DNA from: Octopus sinensis
Lineage: Eukaryota
DNA length: 64,000 nt
Reading direction: 5' to 3'
Assembly: GCF_006345805.1 (NCBI RefSeq)
Contig: NC_043011.1
Span: 49,798,464-49,862,463 of the forward strand
Position 1 is the first letter of the stretch, and every line of letters begins with the position of its first letter. The notes beneath the pieces were generated by a model. It ran no database searches. It saw only the letters and a list, made by a program, of their open reading frames with translations, and was not told the DNA's origin. Position numbers and translations under genes: made by a program. Shown here one piece after another: positions 11,405 to 25,424 of this stretch.

Positions 11405-11654
11405 TGGATCTCAACTAGGGTTCATATGGCCTCCGGGAGTCTGTATAAGAAATTTTGTTAAAATTTGTGAAAGAAATTGCTTATATTTCCACAGTACACA
11501 AAATATTTTAACAGTTTTTTTAAAAACAACTTATATTAATATTTATTCATAAAAATACATTGTTTTTTAAACATTGAATGGCTCTAAGGTCTCTCCCCTT
11601 GAGTAGAAAAGGATTTAAAAGGTTCCATAAGCAAATAATGTTAGAGAACCACTG
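11405..11654. mobile_element. hAT-like MITE, decayed (similar element at 63422-63680)
   Basis: agtggatctcaac ... gagaaccactg termini. Confidence 0.45.
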
Positions 11655-13177
11655 CCTTAAGTAATGGACTAAGAAGCATGTCATAGACGGAGCTAGTCGT
11701 AAATATTATTCAGGCTACTTTCTATGACTAAATTCTTCCATCCTACCTTTCTCCTAACCACAAAATCCTCCCGTTCTGTACACTTTCCGCACTAATTACA
11801 TTGTAGCAACTCCATATAGTGTTCTTTCGCCTCTTCTTTCTTTGCCTTGTTGGTTATAATCATAACACTTCTTGGTACTGTTCCCGTTACATAGGGATTC
11901 TTAATACATTATCAATTCTAGAAATTACACATATATTATAGAGAATGCATTCAACAATTATAACTGCTGCGCACTGCATATATACTATGTAGAGTAGGTT
12001 CCATATAATAGCACTACTGAATATTGAACATATATTTCATAAAATTCTTTGAACAAATTAACTCTGGGATGCGCTGTATGCATATTACAATAAGTTTTTT
12101 TCCCCCAGTTATTATACATTTAAGATCTGCATGCAGCTTATGTAAAGTACACTCAATATAATGGTACCACTAGGGGCTGTAAATATGTTACAAAGAATAC
12201 TTTCAACACAATAAGAAGTAAAATAAAATAGCGCCTACATCAGAGGCGGAAAGATCTGCGCCATGTTGTGTATTGAAGAGAAGCGCATTAAGAATAAGGG
12301 AACTGATATAATTATGAAAGTTATAATGTACTTCAATGCGTTCGAATTGTGAAAGATATATTTATGCAGGTATATGTGTGAGAGGTAATGTGTGTGCGTG
12401 TGTGTGCATGTGTGCATGTGTGTACAGGTGTATCTGTCTCTGTATAGGTATGACTTTGTGTGTTTATGTGTAGGTGTTTAACTCTGTGTGTGTGTGTGAA
12501 TGTGTGTAACTATAGGTGTTTAACTCTGTGTGTATGCGTGTATGTGTGTAGCAGTGAGTGACTGTCTGTGTTTCTATGTATACATGCAGGTGTATGTGTG
12601 TAACTGTATGTGTCTGTAAGCATGTGTGCAGGTCTGTGTATCTGTGTGTGTGAGCCTGTAACTATGTGTATGTATGTAGTTGTGTCACTGTATGTCTGCA
12701 TGTCTGTGCATTGGTGTATGTGTGTGTGTTACTGCAAATGTTTGTATGTATAAGCGTAAATACGTTTGTGACCACCTATGCATCAATGTGCTTAGAAATA
12801 TCGGTATTTCCTTGATCATGGAATCGGTAATTCGATATATCTGCAAGTGATATTTCTACACAAGAGCATATATTCTTAAAGTATTCCCCCCATACTTTAT
12901 ATTACCATAATTATTGTGTTTGCTTAGTCTGCGAATGTAAGACAGGGAGCATATGGAGACAGACAATAATCCAAATATTCCTCCTCCCTGATCAATTTCC
13001 CTCTCTGATTACCTTTCTCCTCTCTCTCTCTCTCTCTCTTTAACTCTCAGTCTCTCTCCTAATCTATCTCTCATTCCTTCGATACTTATCCCCATTCCGT
13101 CTCTATCTTTCTCATTCTCTTGTTCTTTTCCTCAAACCTTCCTCCTTCGATCCCGCTTTATTTTCTTTCTCCTCCCC

Positions 13178-13208
<31 letters not shown>

Positions 13209-13364
13209 GCTCTCGCTTTTACTCATTGTATGACTCTTTTTATCAGTTTCGTTCTGTATGGGTTAATTCCTTACGTACTTAGTGGGAATCCACAAGCCGT
13301 CAAAATGGTGATTGTGAAAAAACAAGAACAACAACAATAAGGGGAAAAGGGTCAACAAACAACA

Positions 13365-13425
13365 GCAATAATAATATAATAATATAATAAAATAATAATA
13401 ATAATAATAATAATATAATAATATA

Positions 13426-13460
<35 letters not shown>

Positions 13461-13579
13461 AAAATAAATATAATAATAATAATAATAAAATGATAATAAT
13501 AATAATAATAATAACGATGATGATGATGATGATATAAATAATGATGATGATGATAATAATAATAATAATATTTATAATA

Positions 13580-13626
<47 letters not shown>

Positions 13627-13795
13627 TGATGATGATATCCGATTAATAATAAAATCATAAGAATAATAAAATAATAATAATAATAATAATAATAATATTG
13701 ATAATATAATAATAATATGATGAATGATGATGATGATGATAATAATATATATAATAATATAATAATATAATATAATAATAATATAATAATAATAT
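13365..13795. repeat. (AAT)n/(GAT)n degenerate microsatellite
   Basis: Direct reading. Confidence 0.9.
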
Positions 13796-14385
13796 AAACA
13801 TGGCAGGTGGAATAAAGAAGCAAATGAAAAATTAGTGAATTTTTACATTGAAAATGTTATATTATTTGTTGTTCATTTTTTTTTTGTTTCTTTAAATTAA
13901 ATTTTTTTTTTCATCATTATAACGTGTAAAAATGAATTTAACACGCATAAATAGTTTGAATTTACAGCGACTGCTTCAAGCATAAATAAATCATGTAAAA
14001 AGAACCGTGCCTCTTTTGTCATATTCCAGGTATAAATTCTTTGTTTGAAAAAAAAAAAAAAAAAACGAAAAAAATATGGTTTGGCATTTCTAGCTCTGAT
14101 CTGTCACTACTGTACGTGTAGATTATATATTCTTGTCGAGAAAATATTTCCTGCTATTCGTCGTTCTCACACTTCAAGTTGAAACCATTTGCGCACGACA
14201 AAATATCCAGCTGTTCATGTCAGCCATTATAACCGGAAGCTCTCCATCGAAACCAGTTTTGCATTGAGCTTCTTTTTCTTTCAAATACTAAATTCGGTTT
14301 ATATTTGTTGATATTATTATCATTATTATTATCATCATCATCATCATCAACCTCATCATCATCATCATCATCATCATCATTATTA

Positions 14386-14423
<38 letters not shown>

Positions 14424-14468
14424 GTTGTTGTTGTTGTTGTTGTTGTTGCTGTTGTCATTTTTTGTTCC

Positions 14469-14508
<40 letters not shown>

Positions 14509-15062
14509 GTTGTTGTTGTTGTTGTTGTTTTGTTATTAATTTAGTAAAATCAAACGAAAGAAAATAATAAATTTCAATGAAGTACTTTCCTATTATGTTA
14601 GGATGCAAGTGATTAAATTAACAATATTTTAAAGAAATTACATTATCTTTCTTACAAACAACTTCAAATACTAGTGTGTAATTGAAAAAAAATTTTTTTC
14701 AAATTTTCCTTCTTTATTTTGACCGATGAAATCTCAGCTGAATCGATAAGGCGACAAGAGGATATTCACTTATAATGGTAGCATTTGTTTGATATTACTG
14801 GCAGTGGTGGGAGGTAGCGGTATCAATGGCAGCGACGAGGGCGACGGAGGTGAAAACGACGACGAGGATGATAAGGATGAGGATGAGGATGATAACGATA
14901 ATGATGACGATAATGAAGATGGCGATGAGGACGATGATGGTGATTACGAGGCTGGCAGTGACGAAGATGAAGTTGACGAGTATGACGATGACACGTGATC
15001 GTGATAATGATGACGTCGATGATGACGACAACGATGATGTCAAAGAAGATGATGAAGATGAG

Positions 15063-15225
15063 TGCAGGAGTGGCTGTGTGGTAAATAGCTTGCTTACCAA
15101 CCACATGGTTCCGGGTTCATTCCCAATGCGTGGCACCTTGGGCAAGTGTCTTCTACTATAGCCTCGGGCCGACCAAAGTCTTGTGAGTAGATTTAGCAGA
15201 GGGAAACTGAAAGAAGCCCGTCATA

Positions 15226-15304
<79 letters not shown>

Positions 15305-15535
15305 TGTGTGTGTGTGTGTATATTTGTGTGTCTGTGTTTGCCCCCCCCCATCATCGCTTGACAACCGATGCTGGTGTGTTCATGTCCCCGTAACTTAGCG
15401 GTTCGGCAAAAGTGAACGATAGATAAAGTACTAGGCTTACAAAGAATGAGTCCTGGCTTCGATTTGCTCGACTAAAGGCGGTGCTCCAGCATGACCGCAG
15501 TCAAATGACTGAAACAAGTAAAAGAGTAAAGAAAG
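15063..15535 (+). mobile_element. SINE family A
   Basis: Full head-to-tail match to other copies. Confidence 0.9.
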
Positions 15536-15761
15536 AGAGAGTATGATAACTGCTAATGTTTATGACAATGGCGGCTATTGTGATATGAAGAAAATGGAAA
15601 CAGCTTTTGTTGGTTTCATGTAGAATAACCGGCAAATGATAATTGTGAGTAGCATTATAAGATAACCAATATATTTATGAAGTCCGCTCTGATTTCCCTT
15701 GTACAACTGCCCTTTAGTTGACAGTCACACACAATACATGTTCCGTATATAAATCATTATA

Positions 15762-16140
15762 TCTTTATATATAAAAGTGAAGTTGTGTTAGATTCCTAAC
15801 TACTCCCACATTTTGCGGTGCAGTTTAACCAAAACCGGGTATCTTATAGTCGTGATTCATATCGAGCCCTTCTGGTTATTAGCGCGCGTCTACGATGAGT
15901 CTACGATTTTAAAAATAATTTACCATCATTTTTTCATTTTAATGCATTTTTTCGCTATTATATAAGGGAAGTAACTCTCTAAAAATGTCTACGATGAGTC
16001 AACGATTTAAAAAAAATTTACCATCATTTTTTTTTTCCATTTTTAATGCATTTTTTTGCTATTTTTTGGCTATAACTCTCTAAAAACGCTTTATAGTTAT
16101 TTCCCTTACAAACCCGAGCAACGCAGGGCGATACTGCTAG
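15762..16140 (+). mobile_element. Non-autonomous Helitron
   Basis: A|TC start, subterminal hairpin cccgagcaacgcaggg, CTAG|T end; internal ~100-bp duplication. Confidence 0.8.
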
Positions 16141-16476
16141 TACGATATAAATCATTACCTGTGGATCATCTAAACTGGATGCTACGGTTTATCGCGTCGG
16201 TCACTCGCGGCCATATTTTCTCCGAAAGAAAAATTTGATTGATTTATGCTTATGGTCATGGAAAGAAGGACATTTCAGAAGAAATTTTTGATCACATGGC
16301 TGGCATACAAAGTGTGATGTTGGCTCCTATAAAGGAGCACAACAGTAGCTGATTACGAGAGACTGGGTTTTGTGTGAAGTTAGATCTAAACGACAACACT
16401 AATATTTGCTAGAGAACGATAACGCTTTGCGCTGTGTTCGGTGTGAAGAAACGCCTCTATAATCTTGAAAGGAATT

Positions 16477-16890
16477 ACTCTTACTCTTTTACCCTTTTAC
16501 TTGTTTCGGTCATTTGACTGCGGCCATGCTGGAGCACCGCCTTTTAGTCGAGCAACTCGACCCCAGGACTTATTCTTTTGTAAGCCCAGTACTTATTCTA
16601 TCGGTCTCTTTTGCCGAACCGCTAAGTGACGGGTACGTAAACACACCAGCATCGGTTGTCAAGCAATGCTAGGGGGTGACAAACACAGACCTACAAACAT
16701 ATACACACATGCATATAAACATATATATACATATATACGACAGGCTTCTTTCAGTTTCCGTCTACCAAATCCACTCACAAGGCTTTGGTCGGCCCGAGGC
16801 TATAGTAGAAGACACTTGCCCAGTGGGACTGAACCCGGAACCATGTGGTTCGTAAGCAAGCTACTTACCACACAGCCACTCCTACGCCTA
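16477..16890 (-). mobile_element. SINE family A
   Basis: Match to other copies. Confidence 0.9.
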
Positions 16891-17611
16891 TATTTATGAA
16901 TACAACGGATCTACAAAACAAATACAATGATAATTATTAAAGAAAGACTATGTTTTTGTCTAGTGCTAGGTCTACTGTAATGCGACAATAGTTGTTAAAA
17001 ACACCAGTTGGTTTACGATAGATTAGTCAGGTAAAGTGCATCGGAAGGGTGAAACGTCTTGTCGCATACTTTGCTAGCTTGACTGAAGGTACACGACCAA
17101 AAACATTTATAGAGAACGTCATCTGGCGACACGCATTATTATTAAGAAAAAAAAAACAACGCAATTTTCACATTCTATTTTCAGGCATTCCGACCACACA
17201 CCATTTTAATGAAAATCAAAAATACAGTTATGAAAATACATTAAAAATAACAGAATGAGAAAAATGCTAAACAAAACTCGTCTCATATTAATTAAAAAGT
17301 TTTCAAGAATTCTTATTAAATCCAATTTCCTTCGACACATAATTCTCTCTGTCTCTTTTCCTTTCTCTCTCACTTTCTTTCTCTCGCTCCGTCTTTCACT
17401 CTTCCTCTCTCTACCTATCTCTCACTTCCTCTGTCTTTTTCTATCCATTTATATCTTTCGATACATTCATATATGTCTGTATGTATGTATGCATGTATAT
17501 ATATATATATATATATATATAGGTGTGTGTGTGTGTGTGTGTGTGCATGTATGTATATATATATATATGTGTGTATATATACACATATGTATGTTTTATG
17601 CATATGGATAT

Positions 17612-17667
<56 letters not shown>

Positions 17668-17826
17668 ATGTATATAATGAAGGACGTATGACTACACCTG
17701 TGAATTGATATGCGCACATGTGAGTGTCTTTGTATATGCGTCAATTTTTTATTTGCCATAATTTCACTCAGACAAATTTAATGAAAATCATTGTAGTTAG
17801 GTGACATAAAATATTGTTTATATATA

Positions 17827-17860
<34 letters not shown>

Positions 17861-18107
17861 CTAAGGATACTATCAAAATTACACATGGAAAGAGACATAT
17901 ACAACTGTGCAGACACACAACAGGATAAATACAGTTGCGTACATGGATACACGTTCATTCATACGGATTCGAAATTGAGGAAACGTAAACAAACATATTC
18001 GTCCACTCATATACATGTGTGTGTAAACATATACATGCATATGCATACATATATACTTATATATATGTGTCTGTGTATATGTGTCTGTATGATATCTCTC
18101 TCTCTCT

Positions 18108-18143
<36 letters not shown>

Positions 18144-18733
18144 CTCACGTCATAACAAGTTTACGAACTTGCACGCACATGCACGCACACACATACGCAC
18201 ACACACACACACACACGCACATGCACACATACATACAGATATGAACACCATACAGTCTCTTGACTAATTTTTCTACACGCCAGGCTAGTGGTAGTAAAAC
18301 TTTCTAAAATCTTTATCACCCTGATATTATTAATTATTGATAATTTTTTCTGGAAAATTTTTGAAATAACGCCGATATTATTTCGTTACTGCCGACAAAA
18401 AACTGCGCTTGCGCGGTAGATTTGAAAATTTATAATGTATAAGATTGAGGCACATGCTGGATTGCCTCGTGCTTATGTGTTTAATCTATGCGTACCTGTT
18501 GAAGACTTCGCCTAGCAAATTATTTTATTTGCTAAAATATGTCAGAAACCATGGACCAGAAGATAGATGGTAAATGATTTTATTTTTCATTCCCTCCAAA
18601 CTTTTTATACCTAATAGTAGTTTGGACGTTGGCTGTTCCTTCTAGCGTACCAGGATTCCTATGACGGATACCTCTTATGTGTTTAAATGTACACTGTATT
18701 TATACATATATACATACATACATACATACATAC

Positions 18734-18782
<49 letters not shown>

Positions 18783-18844
18783 TATATATATTATATATAT
18801 ATATGCTTGTATGTGTCTGTTTGTTTGGGTATGTGATTGTCCCA

Positions 18845-19390
18845 CTCCGATCGCTTGACAACTGATGTTGGTGTGTTTATGTCCCCGTCACTTAGCGGTT
18901 CGGCGAAATAAACCGATGGAATAATTACTAGGCTTGCAAAGAATTAATCCTGGTTTCAATTTGTTCGACCAAAGGCGGTCTTCCAGCTTGGTCTCAGTCA
19001 AATGACTGAAACAAGTAAAAGAATAAAGGAATATATATAAAGCGCTTCTGCCGAGTCTCGAGTTAACAAGTATTGACTGACAAGTCATCGGTCGGCTAGG
19101 GTCAACTGAAGAAGACACTTAACGAAGGTGCTGCGCAGTACGATTGCATCCGTCTGCAAGCAACTAGTTTTGAAGTGATCTTCTAAACTACACTAGCACA
19201 CGCAAACACTACACACAATAACACAAACCCTCACGCCAAGACATGTACATAATACTCTTTTACTTGTTCCAGTCATTTCAATGTGGCCATGCTGGAGCAC
19301 CGCCTTTAGTCGAGCAAATCGACCCTAGGACTTATTCTTTGTAATCCTAGTACTTATTCTATCGGCCATATTGCCGAACCGCTAAGTTAA
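18845..19390. mobile_element. Three SINE A fragments (+ tail 18845-19030, - diverged head ~19040-19190, - tail 19254-19390)
   Basis: Partial matches to family A. Confidence 0.75.
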
Positions 19391-20129
19391 TGTTGATGGT
19401 TTTGTAATCCAAATGGCTATATCAAAGTCGTCCTTCATTCAACATTCGTAAATGCTGCGGTGAAATCCATATATGAGTTTATGCTATAATCTTCGAAATT
19501 TTGAGACAATGCAGTCACTGTACTTCGGTAACGTGGATCATTTGAACTTGTAATTTATTTTCACTGAAATAAGTAATGCAGAGCCATCTATACTTCACTT
19601 ATTCTAGCACTTCCTACCAATCCGCGGCCCTGGACTGATTGTAATTTTTATGTCTTTATCAGCCCAGAGTGTATGAAGGTAAAAGTTAACTTCTGCGGGA
19701 TTTGAATTTGAACTCGGGGTGCAGAGAGTAAAAGTAAATACTCCTAGAGATGCATACGCGCACAAACCGTACCCACACAAACACACATACACACATATAG
19801 AAATAATATACAAGGAATTTTCAACAACTGACTTGATGTAATAGTTATATACTAAGAGTGCTCAGTTTGATTTACCAATATAATCTGGCTTCAACACAAC
19901 TTGAAATATATCGTGGTGAAATTGCCTACCAAAGTTGACTGCAAGTGGTTATTCCTCAAGCGGGTGGATAGGCATACACATATATAATCATATATATAAT
20001 TTTATATTTTATATATTTGATATATTTTGTATATTATATTAATTAATTTTATTTCTATGCATTGATCTATGTTTTTCACTGTTTGATTTGCCTAATAGTG
20101 GCTTTATCTCTAATTTAATATATATATAT

Positions 20130-20517
20130 ACTCTTTTACCTGTTTCAGTCATTTGACTGCGACCATGCTGGAGCACCGCCTTTTAGTCGAGCAACTCGAC
20201 CCCGGGACTTATTCTTTTTGTAAGCCTTATTCTATCGGTCTCTTTTGCCGAACCGCTAAGTAACGGGGACATAAACACACCAGCATCGGTTGTCAAGCAA
20301 TGCTAGGGGGACAAACACAGACACACAAACACACACACACATATATATACATATATACGACGGGATTCTTTCAGTTTCCGTCTACCAAATCCACTCGCAA
20401 GGCTTTGGTCGGCCCGAGGTTATAGTAGAAGACACTTGCCTAAGGTGCCACACAGTGGGACTGAACCCGGAACCATGTGGTTGGTAAACATGCTACTTAC
20501 ACACAGCCACTCCTGCG

Positions 20518-20520
<3 letters not shown>
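20130..20520 (-). mobile_element. SINE family A
   Basis: Match to other copies. Confidence 0.9.
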
Positions 20521-20564
<44 letters not shown>

Positions 20565-20604
20565 CTTTATATATTATATTATATATATATATAATTATAT
20601 ATAT

Positions 20605-20635
<31 letters not shown>

Positions 20636-20659
20636 ATGTATTATATATGTATATATTAG

Positions 20660-20704
<45 letters not shown>

Positions 20705-20727
20705 GTATAAATATATATGTCTGTATA

Positions 20728-20773
<46 letters not shown>

Positions 20774-21678
20774 AATATATGGTCATAAATAAATGCGCAT
20801 GTGTACATACACAGATGCACGCCACAGATACGCACACTGATGTATATTGAGGTTATTTGTTGCAAATTCCAAATTACGTTCTTTAGGACACATGTGCAGG
20901 AAAAAAAGAAAGGAAAAGCCAGCAAAATTAAAATTAATGGGTTAAAACTGCAATATTTCTTATACTTTGTCAAATTAATTTTCCACAAATAAATAATAAA
21001 TAAGAAAATTAAAAGAAAAATAAGCGAAACGGAACAAAATAGAAAATGCTATAAAACTCATACTTTTAAAACAATGTAATATTATTAATTGAGGACAAAA
21101 ATGAATAAAAAATTAATTGCCTCTCTCGTTACCTCTCTAATTAATATGGATTTTCTTTCGCTTTTTTTTCTTTTAACTGAAGTCACATTACTATATTTTT
21201 TATGTATTTTATTTCTAGTTGTTGAGTTAATGAACAGTTGAATGACTAAATCGGTAGGGTGTTGTAGTTATTTCTTTGCGGCGTTTAGCTGTTGCAGTAC
21301 TGCGATCTAATCTGATAGCAGGCGGTCTTTGCCATCCTGTTTTGAGGACTTGATTAAAATGTCTGTATGTGGTAGACACAAAATCTGAATGTTAGTGGAT
21401 GAAGGCTAATCGATTACATCGACGCCGTTGCTCAACTGTTACATATTTTATCGACTCCCAAAGGGATATAAGGCAAAATCGACCTCGGTGAATTTGAACT
21501 TAAAACGTAAAACGCCGAAAGAAATGCCGATAAGGATCTCTGTTCAAACTGTGGCAACTCACCGCTTTTGCACGTTTGATGAAATGAAGTGACAGTCAAA
21601 TATTGGGGTTGATACATTATTTACATTATTTACATAATTTACATTCGACGGATATTTGTCCTCATCTTGTTTGTTGTT

Positions 21679-21724
21679 AACATAACGTTTTGGCTGATAT
21701 ACCCTCCAGTCTCCATCAGGTGTC
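21679..21724 (-). ncRNA. Minimal HHR, decayed (inverted arm)
   Basis: gacac-CTGATGg-a-gactg-gagggtatat-cagcc-aAAA-cg-TT-atgtt. Confidence 0.55.
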
Positions 21725-21918
21725 TTGGGGAAATTTCGAACCTGGATTCTCATTCCTAAGGTATTTTTCGATGTTGTTGTTGTTATTATTATTGTTGTTG
21801 TTGTTGTTGTTGTTATTGTTCAGGTCACGGGCATATGGCGTAGTAGTTAAGAGTGCAGACTACTAACCTCAAGATTCCAAGCAGTGATCTGGACGACAAC
21901 AACAACAACAACATCAAC

Positions 21919-21959
<41 letters not shown>

Positions 21960-21975
21960 TAATAATAATAATAAT

Positions 21976-22530
21976 AAATGCCCTGATGCAGTACCAGGCA
22001 GTGGCTCTCATGGCTCCTGATCTTAACTGATTGGAAGTGTTATCATGTACATTGTTTTATCTTGGTATAAAAGATGGGCTACAGCAAATATTCTGCTCAA
22101 TACCACAGATTGCTTGTCAGTTGTTTGACCTTAACCAGTTGAGCATGTCCCTTAGTGGCTGACGATATGTGCATCTCTGATCACGAGCAGAAGTAGTGGG
22201 GGAGCATCATAGCCATGTGTTGAGAGGATTCTTTGGGGTTTGAATAGTTCACCTCTGGAAACATGGGTGGTTCTTTCAACATCCTTAAACAACCCTTATT
22301 CAGGGACCGTTTGAGCGGGATAGGCTACTCAACCTGAAGAAAATCTAACTGGGCCCCACCTGCAAGGTCATGTGCTGTTTATCTTGATATGAGATCACCA
22401 TGTCGCGCACATATGGTTGTGATGCATGTGCCTGGTGTACCTTTATCAGACGGGTAGTCATGATGGGTATATTGGGCTTCGTATATTTTACCCCAGTGTC
22501 AATTTGATGGCATGAACTGCTCTCTCACTC
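21976..22530. mobile_element. ~555-bp non-coding repeat inserted in (AAT)n (deleted copy at 40498-40703)
   Basis: Both copies begin aaatgccctgatgcagt and end ...ctgctctctc.ctc followed by (aat)n. Confidence 0.75.
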
Positions 22531-22617
22531 AATAATAATAATAATAATAATAATAATGATAATAATAATAATATTAATAACAACATCGAAAAATACCCAG
22601 GTTCGAAATTTCCTCAA

Positions 22618-22663
22618 GACACCTGATGAAGGCTGGAGGGCATATCAGCCGAAAAGTTGTGTT
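22618..22663 (+). ncRNA. Minimal hammerhead ribozyme
   Basis: gacac-CTGATGA-a-ggctg-gagggcatat-cagcc-GAAA-ag-TT-gtgtt; the inverted copy restores cg in stem III. Confidence 0.75.
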
Positions 22664-23714
22664 AACAAAAAACAAGATGAGGACAAATATCCGTCAAATG
22701 TAAATAATGTAAATAATATACATAATTCCTCATCTCTTAAATATATAACTGTACTGGGGTTGATATTATCGATTTCCGCTTACTTCCTAAATGTCAGTTG
22801 CTGTGCCAGAAGTTTGGAGTAAGAAAGGGTTAGTTTACTGCATCAACTCTTATATTTCATGGATGTTTTATTTTAGAAACCCCCGGAAGGAAGAAAAACA
22901 AAATTGATTGCAGTAGGATTTAATCCCAGAATGTAAAGAGCCGAAGGAAAAAAAGTAAAGGTTTTTACGAAGCTGCAACGATTACCAATATACCAGCTTT
23001 ACGCCGAAAGTAATTATTACATCTATTGTTATTGTTGTAGTTGGCGTTGTAGTTGTTGTTTTGGTGAATGGTTGAATACCAGAAACGACGGAACATCTGA
23101 CTTTACTAGTTATATCTCACGTTCTGATTCCAAATGCCATTAGTATTGCTTTGCTTTTTGCGGTTAAGATTAAATTGAAAAGTCTGAGTTCAATAATAGA
23201 GGTCGGTATCATAATAAATTTACACTTCTCATCTCGCAAAATTGACGTCTTGTGACATCACTAGAAAATATGCTAAGCTCGTAAAGATTGGATGAGGAAG
23301 AAGGCAAAATCTATCAAGGTATTTGGCTACGTTTTTAATCCGACCGTGGTTTACTTTTCTTGTATCCTGGAGAAAATAGGAATAATATATTGAAGCCTAC
23401 AAATCGATTGTTTTGCTTTTAAATCCGTGGTCCATAAAATGAAGTACCAGTCAATTACTAGGTTCGATATAATCCACAACCCACGCTGTGCAAAATTGCC
23501 GGCTATGTGCCTAAATCACAGACTATTATTATTATTATTATCATTATTTTTATTATTATTATTATTGTTGTTATTATTGTTGTTGTTATTGTTGTTGTTG
23601 TTATCAACATTACCATCATCATCAGTAGTAGTAGTAGTAGTTGTAATAGTAATACTAGTAGCAGCAGCAGTAGCAGTAGTAGTAGTAGTAGTAATGTTAT
23701 TATTAATGGCTTCA

Positions 23715-24600
23715 CAAGTATTACACCAACATGGATGCCTATACACGAACGCTTGGCCTTCTCCAAATGAAAATGAAATTTCCGGTATATCTCTTTGCTG
23801 TCTTCAAAAAAGGAAAGATAAAAAAATGAGACTATACTTGCCTAAATGCAAAATAACGGGATGATCACTGTTAGAATTGATATTATCATGTACACTTGGT
23901 TGATAAAGGATCACCTAGGGCTAAGCTCCTTGCAAAACTGGAAACAACATCTTAAATCATATCACAACCAATGCAAAACAGCTATGATATCGTTCATGTG
24001 ATTATATCATCCAATGAAAATAGGAGTGCCAGCAAGCTTTAAGATTATTTCTTTCAGAGATTCTCTGAACAGCAAAGGGCTCCATATAGATTACCTTACA
24101 ATTGAATCATAATACTAACTACTTAAACTTTCTCGGTTCTGAAAGCCAGACAAAAGCAAATTATTTAGTTTGTTGGGAAAAAGATTTTTTAAAAAAGGAA
24201 GAGTTATTTGGATACCTGCAGGTAAAGATGAATATATAGGAAAACAGATAAATTAGCGAAAATAGAGACCAGAATAAGAAATACTAGACAGAGACTACAT
24301 TGTAAATCTTTCAGAATCAAGAGATTTTAAAAAGCAAGAAATAAACAATCGAATCAACATTCAAAGTATCAAAAGATAAATAATCTTCAATTATATCGAC
24401 CAGATCTATCAAACTGTAACTCTTCATTATGTCAGTCAGATCTAACAACATATAAAATGTATCACATATTGAACAAGGTTAATAAATGAGTTGTTAATAA
24501 ATACTTTGATCTTTATTCTATCACGAACAGGTCGTATGGCATCAAATTTATGTTCTTGTAGAGACTATTCAGAAACCATATGGCATTATTTGTTCCAATG
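23715..24600 (+). pseudogene. Possible highly decayed Polinton/Maverick major capsid relic
   Basis: Ordered fragments RLYLPKCKIT, SLNSK, PYR, CWEKD, LFGYLQ recall Polinton capsid motifs; many stops and frameshifts. Confidence 0.3.
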
Positions 24601-24872
24601 TAAAAATACCCAATAAATTAGAGATGTTTACGTTGCAACAGTCATGAACAGCAATGAGTGAAATATAGGTGTATTCATGTTCATATATACTATTTTTTCA
24701 TACATATTATTTGAAAGGAGAATATTTCCTTCGAGGAAGTTTCTACAGATTATGTCGTTCCTTGTCCACGTGTACACAGACGTATTATACATATTAAAAT
24801 GCTCAGTTTTAACCGAGATGACACCTTATAAACTGATTTGTAAAAGTCAACAACAGTTGGATACGCAATTTA

Positions 24873-25102
24873 GGCGGCGAGCTGGCAGAAACGTTAGCAC
24901 GCCGGGCGAAATGCTTAGCGGTATTTCGTCTGCGTTACGTTGTGAGTTCAAATTCCGCCGAGGTCGACTTTGCCTTTCATCCTTTCGGGGTCGATAAATT
25001 AAGTACCAGTTACGCACTGGGGTCGATGTAATCGACTTAATATCTATGTCTGTCCTTGTTTGTCCGCTCTGTGTTTAGCCCCTTGTGGGTAATAAAGAAA
25101 TA
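24873..25102 (+). mobile_element. SINE family B monomer
   Basis: TSD ggatacgcaattta at 24859-24872 and 25103-25116. Confidence 0.92.
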
Positions 25103-25424
25103 GGATACGCAATTTATTTTCAAGCATCCACCAACCTTGAATAAATTCTTGCAATTTATGAAGGCAACAAAAACATTTAGCAAAGTTATTTAGTTCTTCT
25201 TTATCTTGTTTTATTTTTTGTTTTCAGTTTTATTTTCTATTTTGTCATTCTTTTTCTTATACCTGCCAGTTTTTTTATGCTTTTATGATTGAATAAATGG
25301 ATTAAAATATGCGTTTGAATGTAACCTCAGCTCCGATTCGTGATGCTATGGCAATATTTCTGAGATTATATTCACCAAACGGAAAGGAATATTTTTTGCT
25401 TCATGGCACTATAAACTTAGAGGC

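Larger units (their letters stand above)
21615..22745 (+). mobile_element. tRNA-headed, HHR-bearing SINE-like element with a 5' inverted duplication, interrupted by an (AAT)n-inserted repeat
   Basis: Inverted arm 21615-21828; tRNA-like head from 21829 (tggcgtagtagttaagagtgcagactactaac); body resumes at ~22580. Confidence 0.7.

Noticed and set aside
14789-15060. Acidic D/E-rich ORF
   Set aside because: Degenerate (GAT/GAC)n repeat with a non-ATG start and no exon support
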